DNA of 63,203 bases, filler included. It is 4 parts of 4 records of this genome, joined end to end, with 100 filler letters (N's around TTAATTAATTAA, not from the genome) between each part and the next. Parts side by side here need not be neighbours in the genome. Positions count along the whole stretch, not along the records: positions 23,785 to 37,901 come from SRR20825010_3566; positions 38,002 to 59,659 come from SRR20825010_3568; 2 more parts are not named here. One strand, 5' to 3'. Each line of letters starts with the position of its first letter. The stretch's first letter is position 1. Made by a program: the position numbers and the translations under genes. Below the pieces are notes generated by a model. It was not told the DNA's origin. It did no database searches and saw only the letters and a list, made by a program, of their open reading frames with translations. Of the stretch, positions 33,083-42,210 are shown one piece after another.

Positions 33083-33652
33083 TCATTGTGTTTGGAACGC
33101 CTGCGCCCAATCTGGAAGCGGATTGATCAATGCGTGCAAATGACCTGCCTGTATGCGCAGCACCTTTTTGAATGGATCCACAGCACTTGAATTGTCGAGC
33201 ACCCACACATCGTCGCACAAGGGCAGGGCGTTCAGTACATTCTTTACTGTACGTGGGATGCGGCTTTCAACTTTTTCATCAGGCACCGCATGCCCACCCG
33301 TCTCAATGCGTTGATGCACACGGGCCTTGTTCAGGCTTGTTTGCTCAAGGTGTATGAATACCATCACCACTTGATAGCCCAGGGCCTTGGCCTTGGCCAC
33401 AAAGTCGATTTTCGATGGGTGAGAAAACACGGTTTCAAAGCAAAAGTTTTTGCCCTGTTCAAGCAGGCTGTTGCGCAGGTTCTCCGCAATTTTTGCGGCC
33501 TCGTAGCTGTGTTCTTCTGGGGCTTGGGGAAATACATCGCGGGCAATGTCGTCGGCATTCACAAACGGCATACCCAGGGGCTTTAGTTGGGTGCGGTAGA
33601 AAGTTGATTTGCCAGCGCCATTGCCACCCACCAGCAACCAAAGTTGCTTCAT
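33083..33652 (-). CDS. Short zeta-toxin-like P-loop kinase/ATPase
   Basis: GGNGAGKS, VNADDIA, FETVFS, RVHQRIETGGHAVP, DNS. Confidence 0.85.
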   Translation of the reverse strand: MKQLWLLVGGNGAGKSTFYRTQLKPLGMPFVNADDIARDVFPQAPEEHSYEAAKIAENLRNSLLEQGKNFCFETVFSHPSKIDFVAKAKALGYQVVMVFIHLEQTSLNKARVHQRIETGGHAVPDEKVESRIPRTVKNVLNALPLCDDVWVLDNSSAVDPFKKVLRIQAGHLHALINPLPDWAQAFQTQ

Positions 33653-34059
33653 GCCAGTTTGATGGGCTTGAACACACCGTTCTCGAACTGCCCAAACTTC
33701 ACTTTGCCTTTGCTGTCAATTTGCTCCAGCAGGCCGGGGTGGGTTGCACTGGCTTGGTAGCGTACCTTGCTTTGACTCACTTCACTGGTCAGTTCACCCG
33801 TGCTGCGTTTCATGTCCAGGTTGCCAAACACCATGTCGGCATTCAGGGCTGGGGCGTTGACTTGCTCCAGCTTCACCCGCAATAAACCCGCCTTGATTTG
33901 AAGCAGGCTTTCCGGGTCAAGCAGGCTTTCCACTTTCTGGCCAATGCTGGCCCAATATTCAATTTGCTCGGCCGCACTGCGGTGGTTGAGTTTGCCCAAC
34001 ACGGCAGCATTGCTCATCAAATCGGACTGAATTCGGATGGGTGACGAGGCCTTGGCCAT
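33649..34059 (-). CDS. ParD-like ribbon-helix-helix antitoxin
   Basis: SPIRIQSDL, HRSAAEQIEYWASIG; ATGA overlap with the downstream P-loop gene. Confidence 0.8.
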   Translation of the reverse strand: MAKASSPIRIQSDLMSNAAVLGKLNHRSAAEQIEYWASIGQKVESLLDPESLLQIKAGLLRVKLEQVNAPALNADMVFGNLDMKRSTGELTSEVSQSKVRYQASATHPGLLEQIDSKGKVKFGQFENGVFKPIKLA

Positions 34060-34096
34060 GGTGTGCTTCCTTGATATGTTCCTGTTAGTGCCTTTA

Positions 34097-34125
34097 ATTG
34101 TAGCAAAATGCTACAAAATCAGCAA
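34097..34125 (-). promoter_or_regulatory. Promoter with embedded palindromic operator for the TA pair
   Basis: TTGCTG-17 nt-TACAAT; perfect inverted repeat TTGTAGCA-AAA-TGCTACAA at 34098-34116. Confidence 0.75.
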
Positions 34126-34143
34126 GTCGCAGTGAATCACCCT

Positions 34144-35157
34144 TCAAATGTTCCGAAGCACGAATTCCTTGATGGCCTGGGCGCACAGATAAGGCGCTTC
34201 AATCATCGGCAAATGCCCAACACCGTCAAACAGGTGCATTTCTGACCGTTTGATCAGGCGTTCAAATTCAAAAGCGCAGCTTAGGTGAAGCACTTCGTCT
34301 TCCTTGCCCCACATCACCAGCGTGGGCGCTGCAATGTTCTCGAACGTGGCCTTTCTGTAATCGGGGCGGCGACTCAGCATTTCCTGAAACAGAAAGCCAT
34401 TGACGTCGCGACGGTGTATCAATTCAGAGGCTGAAAAAAATGCGGCAGACGCGGCCAGCGCGCGGTTGTGAAATACCAGGTCGGTCAGTTTCATCACGTC
34501 CATGGCGTCGCGTGGTACAAGGCGGTTTTTACCCCGCAGTACCTCGCGGATGAAGTCGGTTTCCTCCGTGCCGGGCAAACCCAGTGCGTCCATCAACACC
34601 AAGCTGGTAACCATTTCCGGAAAACGTGCGCTTAACAAACCCGCAAGTGCACCACCCATGGAATTGCCCACCACGTTGACTTTGCTCACGCCGATGCCAG
34701 TCAGCCATTGGTGCAAACGTTCTGTTTGGTCCTCAAGCCCATAGTGGCGATCCGCATTGAATCCGCTTTCACCCCAGCCGGGCAGGTCGGGAATCAGAAT
34801 GCGAAATTGCCCGGCGAAGAAGGGCAACAGCGGCAACCAGTGTTCCTTGGCCGCAGCAAACCCGTGCATCAACAGCAAGGCTGGGCTGGATTCGTTGCCG
34901 ATCTCAAGCCACACCAGTTTGTCTTTGCCCACACCAATGCGTTTGCGGTGAACACCCACCAAGCCACCATACCAAGGGTTCAAGCGCGTAAAGCTGAACA
35001 ACTTGGGTCGCCAGTCCTGCAGTTTCTTTGGATCGATTTCGGGTGCGTGGCGCAAAAACGCCTCACCGACATGATCAAAATATTGATCAACCAGTTTTGC
35101 GCCTTCGCTAATCGGTGTGATTTCTTTGCCTTTGGACTTCCGGACAGGTTTGACCAA
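34144..35157 (-). CDS. Alpha/beta hydrolase (lipase/esterase)
   Basis: HGF oxyanion motif, GNSMGG, WGKED, GHLPMIE; start uncertain (TTG). Confidence 0.9.
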   Translation of the reverse strand: MVKPVRKSKGKEITPISEGAKLVDQYFDHVGEAFLRHAPEIDPKKLQDWRPKLFSFTRLNPWYGGLVGVHRKRIGVGKDKLVWLEIGNESSPALLLMHGFAAAKEHWLPLLPFFAGQFRILIPDLPGWGESGFNADRHYGLEDQTERLHQWLTGIGVSKVNVVGNSMGGALAGLLSARFPEMVTSLVLMDALGLPGTEETDFIREVLRGKNRLVPRDAMDVMKLTDLVFHNRALAASAAFFSASELIHRRDVNGFLFQEMLSRRPDYRKATFENIAAPTLVMWGKEDEVLHLSCAFEFERLIKRSEMHLFDGVGHLPMIEAPYLCAQAIKEFVLRNI

Positions 35158-35258
35158 GTTGAACCTTTTATTTTTAGTATTGATGCATGATTACCAAAGC
35201 ATACAATATCGGGGGCAACGCTTACACTGTCCTTGCAAGCGTGCCCAGCTTGGTTTTT

Positions 35259-36749
35259 TTAGCTCACAGCCCTGAATTGCTCCGGAATACTCAATTCATA
35301 CGTAACACCCGTGCCGGGCAGGTTGGGCATGCCGGGCAAGGCCGGTACGTTGGGTCCGCGTTGTGAACTGAAGTACAGCCTGGATCCGTCCTCAGTAAAT
35401 GCAGGGCCCACCAGTTCACTTCCTCCACCGGTAATTTGAAGCAAAATTTTCGCTGGCTGGTTTGGAATCATGACCATCAGGCGCATGCCATCGCCGTCTT
35501 CCGCCACAATCACGTCGCCCGCAGGGCTGATCACCAGGTTGTCAACATCGTCAAAGCCCATGCCTTCACCAAGCTGGCTGTTGTCAAACACCACCTCGAT
35601 CAGGTCGTTGTCAATGTCCAGTGCGTACACGCGGTTGTCGCCTTTGCAGGCAAAGAATGCCACGGCACGCATGGGTTTGGCCACGCCACTAACCGCTGGT
35701 GCTTGCCCTTGCGGGAATTCCTGAATCCAGATGCCTTCGCCACCACGAAACACGGTGCCTGGAACCTGCAAACCTGCGGCGCTGGTGCGGGTGCGCACCT
35801 CGGCTTGTGGATTCTCGGGTTCCAGGGCGTCCACCCACTTCACACGGTGAACACGTTGTGCAACTTCAATGTCTTCTTGGTAAGCGCCTGCTTCGAAGCC
35901 GACAATTTCAAGCACCTGCAATTTGCCCTGTTCCATGTTCAGGCCCATTTGTCCATTCACGGCTGGGCGAAGTTCGCCTTCCGATACAAAACGGTACAGG
36001 CGGCCATCGCCTGCGTCTTCTGTCAGGAACAACATTTTTGATGACATGTCAACCGCCACCGCTTCGTGATTGAACACGCCCAGGGCGGGCAGGGCGCGCG
36101 CCGTGTCGGGGCTGCCCATCGGGTCGCATTCCCAGGTCACGCCTGTGGCTGTCTCTTCGCAACTTAACCACGTGCCCCATGGTGTGGCCCCACCAGCACA
36201 ATTTCTCGAGGTGCCATTCAAAATTCGATAAGCGGAGGTCACTGCGCCTTGAGCATCAAAACGCAAAGCTCCGACACCACCTTGCGGTGCATCTGTTTCG
36301 CTGTTGGACACATAGACCCAACCACCATCCTCGGCGGGGAATACTGCTCCGCCATCTGGAAATGTATGCCAGTTGTAGCCGGTCAATCCAAGTGGGTCGG
36401 GCGTGCCCAGAACCGGGTTGCTGAAGTGCCGTGCTACTGCGCGCACGGTGAACCCTGCCGGTGCAAATATGTTGTCCAGCCCTGTTGCTACCAGTTCGCC
36501 GATGTTGGCCAGTGGCCCGGCTTCCAAAGGCAGTTCCATGGCCAGTGGCCCAAGCTCGGGCGGGTTGTTCACCGGGTTTGGCGTACTGCCATTTTCGTTG
36601 GGGGCGGTTGGGCTTGGGCTGGCATTGGTGGAATTGGAATCTGATCCACAGCCACCAAGTGCCAAGGGCAGTGCGCTTGCACCCGCACCCAGAAACATGG
36701 CGCGAAGCAAGGCTCGACGTTTGAATGAAGGAATAATTGATTGATTCAT
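35259..36749 (-). CDS. phoX: PhoX-family alkaline phosphatase (Tat lipoprotein)
   Basis: FKRRALL Tat motif, LGGC lipobox, FPDGG, NCAGGATPWGTWLSCEE, HEAVAVD, DNL. Confidence 0.88.
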   Translation of the reverse strand: MNQSIIPSFKRRALLRAMFLGAGASALPLALGGCGSDSNSTNASPSPTAPNENGSTPNPVNNPPELGPLAMELPLEAGPLANIGELVATGLDNIFAPAGFTVRAVARHFSNPVLGTPDPLGLTGYNWHTFPDGGAVFPAEDGGWVYVSNSETDAPQGGVGALRFDAQGAVTSAYRILNGTSRNCAGGATPWGTWLSCEETATGVTWECDPMGSPDTARALPALGVFNHEAVAVDMSSKMLFLTEDAGDGRLYRFVSEGELRPAVNGQMGLNMEQGKLQVLEIVGFEAGAYQEDIEVAQRVHRVKWVDALEPENPQAEVRTRTSAAGLQVPGTVFRGGEGIWIQEFPQGQAPAVSGVAKPMRAVAFFACKGDNRVYALDIDNDLIEVVFDNSQLGEGMGFDDVDNLVISPAGDVIVAEDGDGMRLMVMIPNQPAKILLQITGGGSELVGPAFTEDGSRLYFSSQRGPNVPALPGMPNLPGTGVTYELSIPEQFRAVS

Positions 36750-36856
36750 GGCAAGACCTACAGCGTTGGGGACTAAAAGCATTTCCTTGTTGTACTTGCC
36801 CATCCGCTACATGGTTTGGGTAAACCACTCTGTATGAATTGCCTTGCAACTGACAC

Positions 36857-36879
36857 ATGACAAAGCAGCGACATGTCAT
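36857..36879. promoter_or_regulatory. Possible Pho box
   Basis: Minus strand ATGTCGC-TGCT-TTGTCAT (11-bp period) plus a plus-strand ATGTCAT half-site, between two phosphatase genes. Confidence 0.45.
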
Positions 36880-36959
36880 GTAGAAGGACTGTTTCAATCC
36901 TGTTGAGGCAAAACGAAGTACAAGCAGAAACAGCGAATAACAAGCAACAGGTGGTCAGA

Positions 36960-37901
36960 ATGAAGCGGCGTGATGTATTGAAAGTGATGGCGGCAAGTAC
37001 CCTGGTGGGTTGCGGTGGTGAGGATGTATTTATCAGCAACCCCGCCGGGCCAGTGAACCCGTCTGAACCTGGCCCAGGCACATCCGTTTCAAGCAATGAA
37101 TTCGGGCAGGCTTTGCCGCAACCAGGTTTTGAGCCAGCAGGTTTTGATTTCCCCATGGTGTTGGCCATGCCTTTTGCACATGGCGTAGCCAGCGGCGATC
37201 CCTTGGCCGACCGCGTTATTTTGTGGACTCGAATCACCTTGCCCGAATACCCAACCCAAGGCGTGCAGGTTCGCTGGCTGGTCAGCACCACTGCCGACAT
37301 GCAAAATATTGTGCGCCGTGGTACCCAGCGTGTGGTGGCTGAAAACGATTACACCTTGAAAGTGGATGCGCAGGGTTTGCAGCCCGCAACAACTTACTAC
37401 TATCAATTCAAAACCGGGTCGCACAGCAGCATCGTGGGGCGCACGCGCACTGCACCGGCTGACATGGTTTCAGCCATTCGGCTGGCGGTAGTTGCATGTT
37501 CAAGTTACTGGTCCAGCACCTGGAGCGGTTACGGCGCAATCGCCCAGCGTGAAGACCTTGATTTGGTGATTCATTGTGGCGATTACATTTACGATTTTGT
37601 GGATGAAGACGAGCAGGTTCGCGCACGGCGAAACATTGCAGACACAACGTATGTGGACTATCGCGACTGGTTGAATATTGACGAGTGCAGAAGGCGTTAT
37701 GCACTGTTTCGTTCAGACCCCAACTTGATGGCAGCCCACCAGCAACACCCCTGGTTTATTACCTGGGACAACCACGACATTGACCCGGGGTTCGGCAATG
37801 AACTGCCCACCACCTTGCCCGAGGGTGTTGCGTCGACTTGTACTTTGCAAGACACCACGCGCGCCTTTTGGGAATGGACACCTTCACGCCCCGTGAAGGC
37901 C
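36960..37901 (+). CDS. phoD: PhoD-family alkaline phosphatase (Tat lipoprotein; truncated by contig end)
   Basis: MKRRDVLK, LVGC, FAHGVASGDP, ILWTR, HCGDYIY, WDNHD. Confidence 0.92.
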
Positions 37902-38001
37902 NNNNNNNNNNNNNNNNNNNNNNNNNNNNNNNNNNNNNNNNNNNNTTAATTAATTAANNNNNNNNNNNNNNNNNNNNNNNNNNNNNNNNNNNNNNNNNNN
38001 N
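37902..38001. other. Artificial contig spacer
   Basis: 44 N + TTAATTAATTAA + 44 N. Confidence 0.99.
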
Positions 38002-38002
38002 G

Positions 38003-38128
38003 TTGTTGCTGGCTGCGGACATTCTGGCCCGTGGCTTGATTGCGCCGCAGGAAATACCTGTTGGCGTGCTGACCGCCACGCTGGGTGGTGGCTATTTGCT
38101 GTGGCTGATGCACAGAAGGGCAGGGTAA
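38003..38128 (+). CDS. FecCD/BtuC-family permease, C-terminal fragment
   Basis: Manual translation LLLAADILARGLIAPQEIPVGVLTATLGGGYLLWLMHRRAG*. Confidence 0.88.
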   Translation: MLLAADILARGLIAPQEIPVGVLTATLGGGYLLWLMHRRAG

Positions 38129-38133
38129 AGAAC

Positions 38134-38925
38134 ATGAACCAAACTGCTGCTGCATTTGAGGTAAAGGGCCTGTCGGTTTCACTGGGTACAGGCCGCTTTG
38201 CGCGCCCCGTTTTACACCAGCTTGACACGCGCATTGCCGCTGGCCGCTGGACCTGTTTGGTGGGCCCCAACGGTGCAGGCAAATCCACTTTTCTGCGTGC
38301 CTTGGCAGGGCTTGTTCCCACGCAACAAGGCCATGTCAAGGTGAATGGAAAACTGTTGCACGACTATGCACACCGCGAACGCGCCAAAGCCGTGGCCTGG
38401 CTTTCGCAAGGCGGGGCCGATCAGGCCGCCGACGATTTAAGTACCTACGACATCGTAATGCTGGGCCGTTTTCCCCACTTGCCCTGGTTAAGCCCGCCCG
38501 GCCCCGCCGACCACGCAGCCGTGCAGCAGGCCATGGAACAAACCCGCGTGTGGGAATGGCGCAACCGCTTGCTGGGCAGCCTTTCCGGCGGTGAACGCCA
38601 GCGCGTGTTGCTGGCCCGCCTGTTGGCTGTTCAGGCCGACATTGTGCTGATGGACGAACCTCTGGCCAACCTGGACCCACCGCACCAGGCCGACTGGATT
38701 GCACTGGTGCGCAGCCTGGTGGCCGAAGGCCGAACGGTGGTGACGGTGTTGCACGAAATTTCCCTGGCCTTGCTGGCCGACGACCTGTTGGTGATGCAAA
38801 CCGGCCAACTGCACTACGCTGGCCCCAGCCACGAACCGGCTGCGCACCACGCTTTGCAAACCGTGTTTGATCATCGACTTTCCATTCACCAGGTGAACAA
38901 CCGTTGGCTTGTGTTGCCAACCTGA
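38134..38925 (+). CDS. Cobalamin/iron-chelate ABC transporter ATPase (BtuD-like)
   Basis: GPNGAGKS, LSGGERQR, LMDEP. Confidence 0.9.
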   Translation: MNQTAAAFEVKGLSVSLGTGRFARPVLHQLDTRIAAGRWTCLVGPNGAGKSTFLRALAGLVPTQQGHVKVNGKLLHDYAHRERAKAVAWLSQGGADQAADDLSTYDIVMLGRFPHLPWLSPPGPADHAAVQQAMEQTRVWEWRNRLLGSLSGGERQRVLLARLLAVQADIVLMDEPLANLDPPHQADWIALVRSLVAEGRTVVTVLHEISLALLADDLLVMQTGQLHYAGPSHEPAAHHALQTVFDHRLSIHQVNNRWLVLPT

Positions 38926-38943
38926 CCGCGAGAGAAAAACCCC

Positions 38944-39525
38944 ATGCAAATAGAAACGCCCCCCACCGAAAAACGCTACGACCGCCCCGAGGGCGAACGG
39001 CGTGGCCTGATCATCGTGAACACCGGCGATGGCAAAGGCAAAAGTACCGCAGCATTTGGCTTGGCCTTGCGTGCATTTGGCCGCACCCATGTACACGGCA
39101 AACTCGTGAAAATTTACCAGTTCATGAAAGTGCCCAGCGCGCGTTTTGGTGAACACCGGTCATTCGAGCAACTGGGTTTGTCCATCGAAGGGCTGGGTGA
39201 TGGCTTTAGCTGGAAAAGCAAAGACATCGAACATTCCGCGAAATTGGCCTGCGATGGTTGGGCCAAGGCCCGTGACACTATTTTGGGCGGCGAACATTTC
39301 ATGGTGGTGCTGGATGAACTGACCTACGGCTTGATCTACGGCTGGATCCCATTGGAGGAAGTGCTGCAAACCTTGCGCGACCGACCCAAGGACGTGCATG
39401 TGGTCATTACCGGGCGTCGTTGCCCGCAGGAAGTGATCGACATGGCCGACACGGTGACTGAAATGGCCATGGTCAAGCACGCCTTCAAGGCGGGCATCCC
39501 AGCCCAGCGTGGCATCGAAGATTAA
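38944..39525 (+). CDS. cobO: Cob(I)alamin adenosyltransferase CobO/BtuR
   Basis: NTGDGKGKSTAAFG, VLDE, HVVITGR. Confidence 0.96.
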   Translation: MQIETPPTEKRYDRPEGERRGLIIVNTGDGKGKSTAAFGLALRAFGRTHVHGKLVKIYQFMKVPSARFGEHRSFEQLGLSIEGLGDGFSWKSKDIEHSAKLACDGWAKARDTILGGEHFMVVLDELTYGLIYGWIPLEEVLQTLRDRPKDVHVVITGRRCPQEVIDMADTVTEMAMVKHAFKAGIPAQRGIED

Positions 39526-39536
39526 ACACAACGCAC

Positions 39537-40259
39537 ATGGACAAGCCCAAGCCCGCCTTGATTGCAGCCACGCCTTTCACCCCGGGTGAATCGGCGGCGG
39601 TGTACCGTGCCATTCGCGAGCGGCGGGACATGCGCCATTTTTCTGGCGGTCAGGTTGACACCGATGTATTGCAGCGTTTGTTGTGTGCTGCCCACCACGC
39701 ACCCAGCGTGGGTTACATGCAGCCCTGGCGTTTTGTTCGAATTCAGAACCACGACACACGTGTACGCCTGCATGCGCTGGTTGAGGCAGAGCGCATTCAA
39801 ACCGCCCGCGCATTGGGGCAACGCGAAAGCGAATTCATGCAACTGAAAGTGCAGGGTATTCTGGACGCAGCCGAGGTGTTGGTGGTGGCCTTGGCCGATG
39901 GCCGTGAACGCCATGTTTTTGGCAGGCGAACCATGCCTGAAATGGATTTGGCATCGGCCGCATGTGCCATTCAAAACCTGTGGTTGGCTGCACGTGCAGA
40001 AGGTTTGGGCATGGGCTGGGTGTCGCTGTTTGAACCCGCCGAACTGGCCACGTTGCTGTGCCTGCCGGAAGGTGCCAGCCCGGTTGCCGTGTTGTGCCTG
40101 GGGCCAGTCGAGGGCTATTACGCCGAACCCATGCTGGCACAACAGCACTGGGCCCAATGCGAGGCCTTGTCGGGTTTGGTGTTTGACGACACCTGGGGCA
40201 AAACCAGTGCCTTGTTCGGGCACCAGGCCACCCCTGCGCCAGCCAACGGAGGGGCCTAG
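39537..40259 (+). CDS. bluB: 5,6-dimethylbenzimidazole synthase
   Basis: AIRERRDMRHF, APSVGYMQPWRF, CAIQNLWLAARAEGLGMGWVS. Confidence 0.95.
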   Translation: MDKPKPALIAATPFTPGESAAVYRAIRERRDMRHFSGGQVDTDVLQRLLCAAHHAPSVGYMQPWRFVRIQNHDTRVRLHALVEAERIQTARALGQRESEFMQLKVQGILDAAEVLVVALADGRERHVFGRRTMPEMDLASAACAIQNLWLAARAEGLGMGWVSLFEPAELATLLCLPEGASPVAVLCLGPVEGYYAEPMLAQQHWAQCEALSGLVFDDTWGKTSALFGHQATPAPANGGA

Positions 40260-40261
40260 CC

Positions 40262-41221
40262 ATGTGGTTTGCCGCCACCCCCGTTGACATTGTGGCGGCT
40301 GCCGTGCTGGCGGCCCTGCTGGTTGATTTCTGTTTCGGTGAGCCGCCGGTTCGCTGGCACCCGGTGGTGTGGATGGGCAATTATTTGGGGTGGGCAGGCC
40401 GCTTGTTTGCGCCTGAAATTGGCCGCACGCCAAGCAATGTGATGGTTCAATTTGCAGCCGGCACCATGGCGTGGTGCGTGGGTGCGGCGGGTGTGTTTGT
40501 GCTGGCTGCGCTGCTTTCAATGTGGGTGGCGCAGGCACATTGGGTGTTTCAGGTGTTGCTGTTGGGCATGTTGTTCAAACCCATGCTGGCCTGGCGGGTG
40601 CTGCGCGACGAAGTGCGCGCCGTTGAGCATGCACTGCAACGTTCACTGCCTGAAGGGCAACAGCAGGTGGCACGTTTGGTCAGCCGCGATGTGAACAAGC
40701 TGAGCGAGGCGCAGGTTCGGCAGGCTGCCATTTCCACCCTTGCAGAAAATTTAAATGATTCCGTGGTGGCTCCACTGTTCTGGTTTGCCCTGTTGGGTTT
40801 ACCGGGGGCAGCGGTTTATCGCTTTGCCAACACGGCCGATGCCATGTGGGGCTACCACGGCGAACGCGCTGGGCGCGACTGGACCTGGGCAGGCAAGTGG
40901 GCAGCACGTGCCGACGATGTGTTGTCCTGGGTGCCTGCCCGCATCACCGCCATGCTGATTTGCCTGTTGTTCAAAGGCCGGGGTTTGTTTCAGTTGCCCT
41001 GTGTTGCACAACAAACCCCTTCACCTAATGGCGGTTGGCCCATGGGGGCATTGGCTTTGGGAATGGGTATTCGTCTTGAAAAAAAAGGGGTGTATTGTTT
41101 GAATGTGCAAGGCGAAGAGCCACGCAGTGGCCACATCGAAGCCGCCTTGCATACCTGCGCACAAGTAGTCGTATTCATTGCAGTTTTTTGCATGGTAGCT
41201 GTTTTGTGGAGGGTGGTATGA
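40262..41221 (+). CDS. cbiB: Adenosylcobinamide-phosphate synthase
   Basis: GEPPVRWHPVVWMG, LVSRD, AENLNDSVVAPLF, SPNGGWP. Confidence 0.94.
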   Translation: MWFAATPVDIVAAAVLAALLVDFCFGEPPVRWHPVVWMGNYLGWAGRLFAPEIGRTPSNVMVQFAAGTMAWCVGAAGVFVLAALLSMWVAQAHWVFQVLLLGMLFKPMLAWRVLRDEVRAVEHALQRSLPEGQQQVARLVSRDVNKLSEAQVRQAAISTLAENLNDSVVAPLFWFALLGLPGAAVYRFANTADAMWGYHGERAGRDWTWAGKWAARADDVLSWVPARITAMLICLLFKGRGLFQLPCVAQQTPSPNGGWPMGALALGMGIRLEKKGVYCLNVQGEEPRSGHIEAALHTCAQVVVFIAVFCMVAVLWRVV

Positions 41222-42210
41222 ACACACGCATACATGGCGGTACCGATGAACATGGGCCAGTGCCCTTTGATTTTTCCAGCAACGCCAATGCCGTGGGGCC
41301 TTGCCCTGTGGTGTTGAACGCAGTTCAGCAGGCTGACGCACTGCGTTACCCCGACCCGAATTACACGGCCTTGCGCACCGCACTGGCCGACTTTCATCAA
41401 GTGGACGAATCCAGAATTGTGGTGGCAGGCAGCGCCAGTGAATTCATTCAACGCCTGACCACCTGCCAGTGGCGCAAGGGTTGCAATTCTTACTGGGTGC
41501 CGCAACACGCGTATGGCGATTATGCGCATGCCGCGCAGGTGTGGGACATGGAACTGGTTGACGACGTAAGCCAGGCAGGTTTGGTGTGGTTGTGCAACCC
41601 TTCAAGCCCCTTGGGGCAGGCTGAATCGGCCGAGCTACTGAAGATTGTCGAGGATCATCCCGATGTGGTTGCTGTGCTTGATTGCGCCTATGAACCCTTG
41701 TGCCTTGATGAACAGGCCCGCGCAACCGTGCAACAGCGGGATCACCTTTGGCAATTGTGGTCGCCCAACAAGGCACTGGGAATGACCGGTGTTCGGGGCG
41801 CCTACGCCATTGCACCCGTGGGCGAAAGCCGTGCGGTGTGCGCCCTCAATAGCCTGGCACCTTCCTGGCTGATCGGCACGCACGGGCAAGCCATGTTGCA
41901 CGCCTGGACCTTGCCGGAAACACAAGGCTGGCTGGCCGAAAGCCGCAACGTGCTGGCGCAATGGAAACGGGATCTGCTGGATTGCCTTCAGCAGCAGGGC
42001 TGGGAAACCATGCCCAGCATTGCCTCGTTTGTGTGCGCCAAAGCGCCTCGTGAAATTGATGAAATGCACTTGCGCACGCACGGCATCAAGCTGCGCGATG
42101 CATCCTCGTTCGGTTTGCCCGGTTGGTGGCGCTTGTGCGCGCAAGGGCCGCAGGCCATGGCGGCACTTTCAAATGCGCTTGAACTTCATGCACGGCAGGA
42201 CCAGGCATGA
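41218..42210 (+). CDS. cobD: Threonine-phosphate decarboxylase-like PLP enzyme
   Basis: HGG, DFSSNAN, RYPDP, LCNPSSPLG, SPNKALGMTGVRG; position in the cob operon. Confidence 0.8.
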   Translation: MNTRIHGGTDEHGPVPFDFSSNANAVGPCPVVLNAVQQADALRYPDPNYTALRTALADFHQVDESRIVVAGSASEFIQRLTTCQWRKGCNSYWVPQHAYGDYAHAAQVWDMELVDDVSQAGLVWLCNPSSPLGQAESAELLKIVEDHPDVVAVLDCAYEPLCLDEQARATVQQRDHLWQLWSPNKALGMTGVRGAYAIAPVGESRAVCALNSLAPSWLIGTHGQAMLHAWTLPETQGWLAESRNVLAQWKRDLLDCLQQQGWETMPSIASFVCAKAPREIDEMHLRTHGIKLRDASSFGLPGWWRLCAQGPQAMAALSNALELHARQDQA

